DNA of 64,000 nucleotides, taken from Phoronis australis. Taxonomy: Eukaryota; Animalia; Phoronida. Location: positions 86,208-150,207 of the forward strand of contig NMRA01000094.1 of NCBI GenBank assembly GCA_002633005.1. Reading direction: 5' to 3'. Positions 22,501-32,657 of the stretch are shown here, one piece after another. Below the pieces are notes generated by a model. That model was not told the origin of the DNA. It worked only from the letters and a program-made list of their open reading frames with translations, and searched no databases. Numbering within the stretch: the stretch's first letter is position 1; every line of letters begins with the position of its first letter. A program made the position numbers and the translations under genes.

Positions 22501-25500
22501 TCAGCCAGCTGCTTGATCTTCAGTAGTTGGTTTCGGTTACAGAGCTGACATAACCCATTACTGGCAGGATGAAATTCACTTGGCTCGCAGATTGCGCAAC
22601 AGATACCATGGTTCAACAGTTCGTCATGCTGAGCAGGTATTGGCTTGTTGTATCCCCCGTCCTACAAAATCAGAGTGCTATAGAATGAGCCAATAACCAA
22701 GATCATCTCAAGATGACAGAAATTCTGTGGTTGCCAAGAAGATCAGATACTACTGGTGTAAAATTAATAACTGGTAAAACAGTTGTGACTTTCACAGTAG
22801 TCTGCTAGGAACATGGATAAATAAAGCAAAAATACCAAGTAACAAAATAACAGTAGTATTTTTGATCATCAGGACAGTGTCCTATTCATGATTTATTCAT
22901 TCACAGGTGATTGCACACGCACATAGAGCCAAGGAAGTGGTGAGTGACCATCAAATTCTAGGTGCATGCTCATGTCATGTGCTACAAAGTTCATAGCGTT
23001 CTACAAGGTTTCATGGTCATTACATAGCTAACTCATAAAGACAACATTTTTGCACAGAGTTTGTGATAACTTCTCATTTCATTCAACAGACTTTGTTCGC
23101 CACGACAAGTATTCATGTTTTTTCAGGTTCCTTCAAATCATAAGACTCTAGTGGCCGGTTGCATGAAACATTCCCAAATAGGGACTCAACAAAGTTCCCT
23201 AAATCTACTGCTGCGTATTTGTGAACTTGTGAAAACACTGATTGTCCTTTCTTACGCTGTTTTCGTTTTGTTACTAAGTCAATATTTAGGTTTGATACGA
23301 AACGAGAGTGAATTTGACGCTGAATTCTCAATATTATCGAAAATGTATAGGGATCTTTTCATGCAACACTCCTCATAGGCGGATTTAGGGGGGGGGGGCC
23401 CAGGGGGCCCGGGCCCCCCCCNCTCAAATCTAATTTCAAGTGTCAAATTCGGAACACGGCGCGTTCGTAACGGAACTATGGCTAAGTATAGAATCTCCCG
23501 CGGTATCCCAGGCGACCGGCAGTGGCGCTGCGCACTACGACTCCGTTTTCGTCATCTGCTCCACTGTGCAATGAAGAAAATTTACTTCATTTTTTAAAGA
23601 AAATAGAACCTGAGTGACGATGAAAAAACAGAAGCTGCTGGTAAGATGTGAATTTTAATCGAAGCCTTGGTGAATCACTCAGAAACTCGCAATACTCTCT
23701 TTGTCAAACCTTATCTTAAGACGATTTCCAAAGCAATCCCGTCATTATTGCCAACACAAAAAACTGATTTGGTCTTTTGGGCATTTGAAGACTATTTTAA
23801 ATACGACAAAATAGTTAAGAATTGATGGCACAAAATATAAAACATGTAATAAGCATTACAAAAAGAAATAGGTTTCGTGCGCAAACGCTGTGGACCATAA
23901 ACAAGTAGGTCTCTTAGTATGAGATTAGTAGTTTTAAAATCCTGGTGGTGTAGTGGTAATGCACGCGCGCTCTATCCACCAGGTTGTGAGTTCGAGTCTT
24001 TGGTACTTGCAGTTTTCCTGTTTGACACGTTCTCCGTTTTTTCTTGCCCTTTTTCTTGGATAATACTTCAGGAATCAAGGAAAATGCTTGATTTTTAGAG
24101 GTAAAAACAGGAAAATTTCCTGACCTCCCCCCAATCGGTGCTATGCGCATCTACAATCGTGGTTCAGTTTGCGCAAATGCTTACAGCCAGACAAAATGTT
24201 GGGCCCCCCTTGTGATATTCTAGATCCGCCACTGATCTGTGAGTAAACAAAGACGTAAATAGGCAAAAGATTTAGGGTACTTAGTCGAGTCCCTATTTAG
24301 GACTGTTTCATGCAACCTGGCATAGGACTACATGCCAACTGCCACTCGTGACCTATGGATTTCGGTGTTAGAGCATGCGACCCTGAGATTTCACGGGACT
24401 GGCTACAAGAGTTTTGCACTGTGAATTTCCAGTTGTCCACTTGACTGACACTCGATCGAGTGTTGTAATTATCATATCATGCCCAATTTTAGTGCCTCAA
24501 TTTCATTTTGTCATCTTCCATTGATAAAATTTGTCAAGACATGTAAACACTGACATAATTTAGATGCTGAGCGAAAATCTGTAGTTGCTTGAAATCTCAC
24601 CAATTAACGACAAAATATAGCTAATAAGTGAAACTTATTTTTTCTTTTTTCATAAAGGATATGTAGCAAATATGTGCAAAGTCATTTTTAAAGATGTATA
24701 CCATAGTTACCATAAGACGAGGAATCTGGAAAATTACGAGTGTTCAGAACTATGTTAAAAACCTTTGAAAAATGAAAAAAGAGCAATTCTTGTACATGTT
24801 TTGGTACGAAAAAAATAAGATTTAACCGCAATTAGGAGTTTCTCAACAAGACATTTTTGGGTGAAGTAAAATCTTGTAGCATTAAACAATACAGAAATAA
24901 AATAAACAAAATAAAATTTCTATTTATAGGTGTTCGTTCTGTGATTGTAACTGAAAAATTTACTAACATTGGTGTTCATGTAACTTACGAATAACTACTT
25001 GCGAATTTATTAGCATAGTGTATGTCATGTCACATTTGACATTGGCAGTCAGTACATTCAGACTGCAATCCTAGTTGCAAAAAATATTTAACAAAACGAT
25101 TTACAATATAACACAATATACAGCATAATGTCGGGCGGTATGCAGTGAAATATGGAGCGGTAACTAGCACAATAATATACAGCAACGCAGACTGGAGACA
25201 AGTAAACTGTGTATTCATGTGGCGCCATCTTTGGGATACCCATTTTCCTTAGTCTTGCTGTTTGGCTGATATAACCTACACCATGTAAGTCTGGAAAGCA
25301 GCTATGCATTTTGTCAACCACCTTCTTTGAATTCTATCAATAACTTTCACCAATCCATGCTCTGCATTGTCACATCGCAGTCCATAAACAACAGTTTCAT
25401 TGACTATCAACTTCTTCAGCAGCAGAACATTAAAGTGCCTTCTAATGTTCATTGCGTGAGCTCACTTTCACTGACCACTAATACTAAGGATGACATCACT

Positions 25501-28500
25501 TCATTCGCTTCTCACTTGTCTCCAGAGGGCTCTGTCTTTAGAATCATCAAACACAACTATCACCACTGGTACTGGTAAGTGATGACAACACAGAGGCTGC
25601 AGCCAGAGTCTGCTATATAAACGAGCATACAACTTATGGTACAAGTAAAAACTATTCGGACCAAAATAACCCTGAATTCCTCCTCATAACGGCTGGGCAA
25701 AAGCTGAGTTCTTCATCAGAGAAGTCTTCCTTCATGACCAAGAGTAAAGGGAAACTAACAGAAAAGTTATTAACTAAAGGTGGCTAAGCTATTCTGTAAC
25801 TACAGTTTTGATGCCTCTAATCATTTTTGTTATTAACAGAATTAGTCGTCATGACGGGGAACAATATCTTGTCCGATTACTTTTGTCTTGTACTAGTAAG
25901 AGTACACAGTAAGTCACTGTTAGTTACCAGAATGGCCTTTAGATGTAGAAAATCACAACAATGTGTAGCCTTGCAGAGGTATAAATAGTGTAAAACCAAT
26001 GATTGCCAGTCCTTACCAGAATAAAACTCAAAATTCAGATTCACTTAATAGTAAATATATTGAGAACTTACCTGAGAGAATCCATTGTATTGATCACAGG
26101 AAGGACAGTCCCAACAGTTTTGGTTACCAAATGGTACAACTGTGTTTGTATTGCAGAACCAACAGTTGACTTTAACACTGAAGTACGGCCTGTGAATGGA
26201 AACATAATTTTAATTAATTTTGAACTATTGTTAAAATGAGACTGGGTTTTCTGGACAAAACCCAGACATGATTCATTGTGTCCTGCTTTGCATCCTCACC
26301 ATCTTCTTTTCACACTCGGACCACAAACCTAGCTTTTTAGTTCGAGATTTACCAAAAGGTACAACACCTGTTACGGATGCATTTTACGGACTTTGGTCCG
26401 TGGGGTTGAAAACATATTTAACTTCTTTTTTTTCTCAGAATTATGCTTCTATTGGCACTTTTATTTGTGGTAACGAACATGGCACCATAGACTATAGAGT
26501 ATAGAGTACCTATGGTGGCATTGTGTTATTGTAATAGGAATTACCTGAACACAAAAACTCAACGTAGATGGAAGTATACGCTTGAAAATGTTGAGAAACG
26601 TGCTAGTTGATTTTGGTCCGTGGGGTTGAAAACATATTTAACTTCTTTTTTTTTCTCAGAATTATGCTTCTATTGGCACTTTTATTTGTGGTAACGAACA
26701 TGGCACCATAGACTATAGAGTATAGAGTACCTATGGTGGCATTGTGTTATTGTAATAGGAATTACCTGAACACAAAAACTCAACGTAGATGGAAGTATAC
26801 GCTTGAAAATGTTGAGAAACGTGCTAGTTGATTTTGATTATATTAATTAGCTGAATAACCAATGTCACGTTCGTTACTTATTGAGTGACAAAAGTTTTGT
26901 AAGCGGGAATGCGCCTGCCATATATACGAATTTGGTGGCATGGGCCTACATGCCAAAAATTGACTACTCAAACAATAATGTGTATGACAGAAAGTTGCCG
27001 TCACACATGACAAGATAATAGTCACGCTAAAGTGATTCATTGAAAATTACAAATAATCCATAAAAGGCACAAAAACATAAAGTGCAGACTTGCATCTGTG
27101 TAAATGCACCTGCTTGAAGTTTTCATGAGCCTACATTCAAAACACCCAAGGAAAAGAATTTTTTAAAGAGGCAATGTTTCGAATATGGGTGCATGGGATG
27201 TGCCTAAATGCATGTAGAAGGTATCCATTGCTGCTGTGAAACCCACTTGTTATCACTTAAAATGATCCAATTCACCAAGAACCAGTTCACAGCAACCTCT
27301 GTGATCGATATTTGACATGTTTACGATCCACGAAACATCCAATTGCGACAAGATGCAAACAACGCCAATTCATGACAACGTTTAGTTAAGTTGATGCGTT
27401 TGCCCAAATCTATTGTAATACGATTACTGTGATATAACATTCAAACAACAAAAACCAAAGAGATTGTACGTATTGTTCACAAAACTTGCATTTGAGTTGG
27501 ACAGTATCAAGAGAAGGTGATTTTGGACAGTATCAAGAGAAGGTGATGTTGGACAGTATCAAGAGAAGGTGATTTTGGAATCTGTCATCACCTGGATGGA
27601 GATTAATGATAAATTGAATAAGAACATGAAAAGGAAAAAGTTCATTGAAATTTTCGGGCTTTCTGGTTTTCAGCATACTTTAACTCAAAATGTAACTGTC
27701 AGCTCCATCTGGTGGCCATGATACCCATGACATGATGATTGTTGTGCTCCGGTTAATGTATGGCAGTGACGTCACTCGGATGTTTACATCACATCCCGGG
27801 AGTTAAGAATTCCTGTAGTGTATATTTGTATATTGGGTTGCCTGCAGTGGACTAGCCTGTGGGTGTGCCTATTATATCCATGAGTGAAACAAATACAGCC
27901 TAGTCAGATATCCAGTTGTTGAGAGATATTGAACCTATGTACATACAAGGATAAAGTTTACTGAACTTTTTTGGGTTTTCTCGTTTTCAGTATATTTTAA
28001 CTCAAAATGTATTGTCAGCTCCCAGTGATCGAGAAGTGCTTGTTATTGTGTGTGCCTGTGGCTTGGGATAGTCACTGTAATACACATCTATATTAATTTG
28101 CAAGCAGCAGTCTGTGGGTGTGCAGAGTAGTTTATAGGAGTGTTTAGTGTATTATATAATCCATTTAGTAAAACCAAAACAGTTTGGTCAGATTTCCAGC
28201 TGTGTGTGTGTAATAAGTCACATTAAGTATTCTGAGTAGACTGGTTGAAGCTCACCAAAGGTAAGTCATTCTAATAGATTAAGTAATAACCTGGCACAAC
28301 ATCAGGGACTCTGTGTGAGACAACAGGTACCAATTCAAGCTCCAGTGATTTCCATTGATTACCAACAGATTCTTCTATCTTCAGTCTTGCCAGAATATCT
28401 TAGTATCATCAGGCAAGCTACCTTGTATTACCATGGTTAATGGGGTACACAACACTACTAACACCAATTATGCACCAGACTTTGACTGGCATGGGTTGGC

Positions 28501-31500
28501 TCACTTGACTGTTGAGAAATTGAACCTACGAGCCTCCTGTGCCTGGAATGCGAGCATCGCAATAGACAGTATCACCACATGATATGGCATCATATCTCCT
28601 GGCACGACCAATGTAAAATGGCCAGTAGCCAATTTGGACAACTTCAAACGAAGAACTGCTCGGAATAAGTTTGGTTGCGGGAGTATTAGGCAATCACATC
28701 GCCCTTAATGCCGCAGGGATACAGGGGGTAATAGTACATCCCCATAAAAAGTTACTCATTTCAAAATACAGCAAATAAAATAAAATCAAAACATGCATAT
28801 AGGCATATGGAGTTATAATTAACACATACCATGATTCTGGATACAGTTAAGTCAGCATAACTTAAACATATCCATGGAAATCTGTTGACGAATGAAAAGT
28901 CCAAGGCACACAAAATCTTACAAATTTCACCTGATATCCTCCCATGCTATTTTGCAAGTGTCACACGCCAGCATCACACACTTCACTTAGTCTCGCGCTA
29001 GCATTTGCCTAGGCAACACAGAGCCCCTCAGTTGGCCAGTTAGGGCATACAATACTAATCGTCGCTTTCTGTATGAACTTCGTCTCGGGTATTTTAAATG
29101 GGCGGTAGGCCAAATGCGGTACCGCCCATATGCGGTCACTGATTGAGTTTTCACCTCATTAAATGCACTCTACACTTACAAAAACTGTTCCTTTCTACTT
29201 CTACACATATATCTTCGATGAAGTATAGGTACAAATACAATAACTAAGGTAATTTTGGCGAAGAATTCTAACTCCACTTTTTGGTCATCGTTAACTTCTT
29301 CACCATGCGTACTATAACCACAAAGTATAAATTCAACCGAGTCCTGTGACGCTGGTGCGTGACACTCGCAAAGTAGTATGGGAAGGTATCAGGTGAAATT
29401 TGTAAGACTTGTGTCCCTTAGTCTTTTTATTCGTCAACATGCGTGATTTAACATAACTTCCTCAAAATGGCACCCAGTAAGAGAAACTCGAGCAAACTAT
29501 GACAGATTTTCATTGATTTGTTGAAACTACGGTAAAGTCGCGTGATTTTCGGACGGCCCGCCATTTTCGACCAAGAATAAATATTTCCGAAATGAGTTTT
29601 TCATAGTCCACGAAATTCATACAAGGTCCAAAAACTGTTTTTCAAAGATCCTCGAATTTCGGACATTGTCATAAACGCCGAATTTTGTCCGCGACTTTCA
29701 GACAAGGAAAATTTTAGAAACGCTAATTTGGGATCGACACAACTCCCGTGTCAGTAAAGCGTTCAACAGATCTCTATAAGGCTTGAATCCGAGAATCGGT
29801 GTAACGGGCTTTGACAGTAATTTTTACCTTGTCTTGAGGATGTCACGACCATTACTCGATGGTCTTGCGTTTAGCTTGTGTTTGGCGCTTCAGCTATGAA
29901 AAGAATCACCGAGTCCGGAAGGTGAAACTTTCTGATGAAAATACAAATAGGAAATACACCGAAGGCTGCAACTTTTCGTTGTAGCGTAACATGTGCTCTG
30001 GTTTAATTAGACCGTGCTGTTCGACCTCCGACTGTGACATTGAACTTGCACGCCTGATATCAACTTGCGTTTTTACGAAACGTTTTTATTTTTAAAACGT
30101 CGTTCCCTTAGCAAATGCCCTTGTCAGTGGCTAAAATCTCCCGACAACGTGTCCCGATTTTATCCTTGAGAAAGATTTTTTGTTTAGGCCCCCATACAGA
30201 ATAAGCTACAGGCAAGTCTGTCCGTGGGATATCGAGCGTTCAAAGTAGTGTAGATAGTGAACAGCAGCAGCTGAATGAGACGGACCCAAAGTAAGCTGGT
30301 TACAAACCAAACATAATTAAGTCACACACTGCGTGAGCCCAACCGACGGAGGCTGCGTCGTGCATGGAAGGTTTTCATGCTTCCGTTCCTCGATCTTCAG
30401 TCGATTAAATATCGTCGGACAATAAGTTATGCTGCCACTTACCTGCATCCCGGTGAATGATTGAAATTTCGTGCAGCCGTTCTGGGCTTTTAATAATTTT
30501 GAATGGGACAGTTAGCAAGGAATGAGTCATCACTGACTTCACAAAAAATTCAGAGTGCTTTTGACAACACAATTTTTGGGTTGAAACAAAAAAATTTCAG
30601 TAAAAATCTGTATGCAGTTCAAACGTCTTTCATTTTTTTGTGTCTTCTTGGTGGTGCTCATTCGTATAATGTGTTTAGCAGTGCAAGGCTCAGCACTCAG
30701 AACGGCACGCGGGGTGACGCGGCGCACACACAATTGTTACAGAGACATTGCATCCGTCCCTGCGCTATGTTGTGTAAGTGCCTGTACTATAACACATATC
30801 AAAAACTAATGTGCATCCACATAACCACGCTTCACTACCCTTACAAATTCTCTGTAGCTCTCTGATAAGCATTGCAAGAATCTCACTAAAGAAACTAGTA
30901 TGATCATTGTGCTTCGACTGCAATACCTGACCATACCTCTCGAAGCGTGGAAATCCAAATTAGTGGAGGTCCACCAAACTCGGACACCAAAAAAATGATG
31001 TTTCGCGAGATTCGTCCAAGAATGAATTTTTTCTATTGGAATTAATTTTCAGTGTCCGAAAATCAAGCGACTTTACCGTATCTTGACTGAATCACCTCCA
31101 GACTTATAATCCATGTGCATATGTAATATGCATGTTTCACTTGATTTTATTTCCTGTATTTTGAAATTCTTAACTTTTTGTGGGGATGTACTATCGCCCC
31201 TGTATGCCCCACAGCATCCAGGGCGATGTAATTGCTTAACCTTTGCCTAACTCGCGTGATTCAGTTGAAATACTTTGTGGTTATTGTGCGCGCGGTGAAA
31301 AAAAGTTAATGGTAACCGCAATGTAGGTTTGTAATTCTTCATCAAAGTCACCTTAATTGCCGAAGCTATACTTCATCGAAGACAAGTGTAGAAGTAGAAA
31401 AGACCACTAAAGAAAGTACTGGTACCGGGTAAGTGTTTCTTATCTTAAGTGATAGTTTTAAGTGTAGAATGTATTTTTGATGAGGTGGAAACTCTTAATC

Positions 31501-32055
31501 GGTGAGCCGATTTTGCCTACCGCCCACTTAAAATACACTGGACGAAATTAATACAGAAACCTATGGGAAATATTGAAGCCCCACCCGGCCTAATCGAGGC
31601 GAGGGACTATACGTTCACTACCGGGAGTATTTGTTCGAGTTGGAGAGTGTTAAAGACACCAACGGCTTTCCAAGGTGTCCAACTATGCGCAAAAGGTACC
31701 AATAGCAACATGACTGTGATGTTTGACCAGTGTGAGGCATAATTCGCCGAAAAGTCTCCGGAGTATGGAGGGCCTACGAGATGGCCAGCCATCGTCATCG
31801 AGTCAGTCACAGTGGTCATCACTGATACTGACTGTCTACTGAACATCACGAGGCTGAGTGAAACATGGACTGAAATGGTTACTCTTACCTAATCAGTTTA
31901 TACGCAGCTAATCCGCAAGTCAGGATGATTACTGTAATTGTGCACGGTATCACCAAATCCATACTGTAGTAAATGTCGACGTCAGTCTCGGCTGTGGCGT
32001 CTCTATGTTGTGATGTCCTTTTCGTGTCAATGTTGGTCTTGGCCTGGTGCGACAT
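10469..32055 (-). CDS. TMEM201: TMEM201 (Samp1/Ima1) inner nuclear membrane protein, full 10-exon gene model
   Basis: join(32055 or 31962..31889, 26189..26072, 22661..22482, 21490..21320, 19552..19293, 16261..16055, 15933..15713, 13081..12914, 11631..11491, 10584..10469); all introns GT-AG and phase-compatible; Ima1 N-terminal Cys domain VNCWFC...NCWDCPSCDQYNGF...YNKPIPAQH...LCQLCNRNQLLKIKQLADF. Confidence 0.92.
10745..11512 (-). repeat. 40-bp minisatellite, ~19 copies, built from the TMEM201 exon 9 donor junction
   Basis: Minus-strand unit GTAAATGTGTCTACTCTAAGTAAGAGTCAGCTAACTACAG; the last copy contains the real donor at 11491/11490. Confidence 0.95.
11491..11631 (-). CDS. TMEM201: TMEM201 exon 9 (Ser-rich)
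   Basis: ttttccag|at...DDGKPGPQSKTDINKLDQGNDESSSSSSSSTQCPVGSTTPSNSQLTT, cag|gtaaat; 141 nt. Confidence 0.78.
12070..12630. repeat. ~30-bp diverged minisatellite (intronic)
   Basis: Unit ctcaagtgaactatagatgagctgtctgc-like, roughly 18 copies. Confidence 0.9.
12914..13081 (-). CDS. TMEM201: TMEM201 exon 8
   Basis: ccatttag|gc VFPLTVNN...KKRPLIRPATFSP...LLHE g|gtaagt; 168 nt. Confidence 0.82.
13089..14062. repeat. ~41-bp minisatellite with 161-bp higher-order unit, abutting the exon 8 acceptor
   Basis: Unit aaactggctagtgatgagggtgtattgttgtcattgtaaac; four-unit higher-order repeat starts at 13261, 13422 and 13583; first copy matches exon sequence 13011-13043. Confidence 0.93.
14649..15607. mobile_element. 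Non-autonomous DNA transposon with 5-bp TSD and internal tRNA-like segment
   Basis: CAGTGGCGGATCTAGG...CCTATG flanked by GTCCT on both sides; right TIR partly deleted; homologous to 23374-24234 (inverted) and 38571-39380. Confidence 0.85.
15713..15933 (-). CDS. TMEM201: TMEM201 exon 7
   Basis: ttttcacag|a RRYDFDNSNMSCDGS...LDGLSLGTPKKRSNSA a|gtacgt; 221 nt. Confidence 0.82.
16055..16261 (-). CDS. TMEM201: TMEM201 exon 6 (TM helices)
   Basis: ttttcag|t LYLVDAMVSFTWLGLIAL...GVALFCTFLSFWCAVCRR...ag|gtgggt; 207 nt. Confidence 0.85.
16520..17215 (+). pseudogene. Decayed APE-type LINE reverse transcriptase C-terminal fragment
   Basis: LYADDKVL...LQRMLN...WGMSVNLKKTEIIVFRNG...YKYLGIFF with stops and frameshifts. 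Confidence 0.85.
17306..18454 (+). CDS. Retrotransposon ORF C-terminus: CCHC zinc knuckle and restriction-like endonuclease
   Basis: CQLCGGRGTLAHILSGC, YRWRHDQVL, RPDIILWS, IELTVPWEE, ERKLSKY, PVEVGCRGF; RT core missing (5' truncation). Confidence 0.9.
   Translation: MPLASITEEFKVGKCRLVLTLRDSRDPKVRDAGVMTRSGRRWSADTSVSQAESLLQIRDIIGSTCVGRQGLGTSQFQQWEKASERQRREMVQAEVRAAEEEARKAKAVQLSQQGAWTRWNLPERKISWADVWSMEPMRVQFLLRSVYDVLPSPANLLRWGLVDDPACQLCGGRGTLAHILSGCKMALQQGRYRWRHDQVLKTLADIIDGERKTRVTQPRASRQHIQFVREGEIRKKSRQQPCILDGVSWEMRVDLGRKLVFPSIVETSLRPDIILWSDIHQCIVIIELTVPWEEGCEEAHERKLSKYSELAETCRARGWRTWLFPVEVGCRGFPARSVWWLLEKIGVRGGRKKAAVRRLGETAERTSCWLWYRRNEGSWRPQ
18495..18553 (+). ncRNA. Candidate rearranged (pseudoknotted) hammerhead ribozyme in retrotransposon 3' UTR
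   Basis: GUU 18499-18501, GAAA 18515-18518, CUGACGA 18543-18549; stem III gaccgu/acg(a)guc; stem I auggu/gccau; weak stem II ggu/auc. Confidence 0.55.
19293..19552 (-). CDS. TMEM201: TMEM201 exon 5 (TM helices)
   Basis: attgcag|GHVTC...LLRFTSLLCTLSLLGV...LGLFSALAAIFLHGKH ag|gtaagt; 260 nt. Confidence 0.87.
20120..21220. mobile_element. Decayed Harbinger-like DNA transposon derivative
   Basis: Imperfect TIRs (tttcataaaggtggtttaac / gttaaaccatctttgtaaaa), many subterminal agaccaggtttaa repeats, and a minus-strand remnant LPELIRRKANVIENKKT near 20840-20895 resembling the Myb/SANT accessory ORF. Confidence 0.5.
21320..21490 (-). CDS. TMEM201: TMEM201 exon 4
   Basis: tttcag|SNYDSEVELFKYQLDHSYMLCHQCQATV...QDHKLR...IY|gtgagt; 171 nt. 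Confidence 0.9.
22120..22507 (-). repeat. 43-bp minisatellite x9 built from the TMEM201 exon 3 donor junction
   Basis: Minus-strand unit gtaatactggccttggtgggctagctttgtacctgtcaatcag; plus-strand ttacctg-like motif every 43 nt from 22134 to 22478. Confidence 0.95.
22482..22661 (-). CDS. TMEM201: TMEM201 exon 3
   Basis: ttttgtag|DGGYNKPIPAQHDELLNHGICC...LCQLCNRNQLLKIKQLADFVPVNQ|gtaata; 180 nt. Confidence 0.93.
23374..24234. mobile_element. Non-autonomous DNA transposon, same family as 14649 (opposite orientation)
   Basis: CATAGGCGGATTTAGGG...CTAGATCCGCCACTG; internal tRNA-like segment 23941-24004; TSD not preserved. Confidence 0.85.
26072..26189 (-). CDS. TMEM201: TMEM201 exon 2 (Ima1 zinc-finger start)
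   Basis: ttcacag|g PYFSVKVNCWFCNTNTVVPFGNQNCWDCPSCDQYNGFSQ|gtaagt; 118 nt. Confidence 0.95.
26392..26834. repeat. ~221-bp near-perfect tandem duplication
   Basis: tttggtccgtggggttgaaaac...gaaacgtgctagttgatttt occurs twice, differing in a T-run length. Confidence 0.9.
27497..27578. repeat. Short tandem repeat x3
   Basis: ttggacagtatcaagagaaggtgat-like unit. Confidence 0.85.
29530..31078. mobile_element. Tc1/mariner-superfamily (pogo/Tigger-like) non-autonomous element in TMEM201 intron 1
   Basis: TIRs CGGTAAAGTCGCGTGATTTTCGGAC / GTCCGAAAATCAAGCGACTTTACCG, each flanked by TA; no intact transposase. Confidence 0.75.
31889..32055 (-). CDS. TMEM201: TMEM201 exon 1 (start at 32055 or 31962)
   Basis: MSHQAK...YS-MDLVIPCTITVIILTCGLAAYKLI ag|gtaaga; hydrophobic segment ending in a phase-2 donor matching exon 2. 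Confidence 0.8.
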
Positions 32056-32657
32056 CTAACGCCAGAAGAGCCCAGCCGATGTCACACTCCTACCACGTGA
32101 CAAGTCACCCATGAAGACCACGTGACAAGATCGTCTGGGCCTTCTGGAGTTCGCTGCCGTCCTGTGCGGACGCAATGTGAGTATCCTCCAGACTTTGCTC
32201 TTGCACCGTGTTAATAGGCCCGAACTTGTGTNTTACTGTAATTGTGCACGGTATCACCAAATCCATACCATAATCAGTCAAACAACTGAAATCGTGTGAG
32301 TTGATACAACGCGTCGCCGACAACCACACTGAAAAACTCAGATACCGGATATGGATGTGCCAAGGGTGACATCTAACGGGAAAAAGACAAACGTTCTCGG
32401 GGCACGACAGCCTCGTCCCCAAGCCTAAAGACGACGCTGGTCGATTACCGGTACGGAAAATCGGATGTGTCTGAGCGGACAGAAGGTATTTCTTACGAAC
32501 CCTCAAATGGCTAAATTTATCAGCGCAATCTTGAGGCTTGGGGATGAGAGCATTTTCTATTAGTTTCTAATTTCAAAAAACGACCTATCGCTCCCCACTT
32601 CAGTCGTCGATTTTTCCTCCAAAAGACAAGGCACTAAAGCCCGTATCCATTATTTAA

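Noticed and set aside
23941-24004. Functional tRNA gene
   Set aside because: A and B boxes are present but acceptor and anticodon stems do not form; embedded in a multicopy transposon
25100-25580. Possible nested plus-strand exons (gtaagt donors near 25285 and 25575)
   Set aside because: Frames are interrupted by stops and show no recognisable homology; cannot be supported without transcripts
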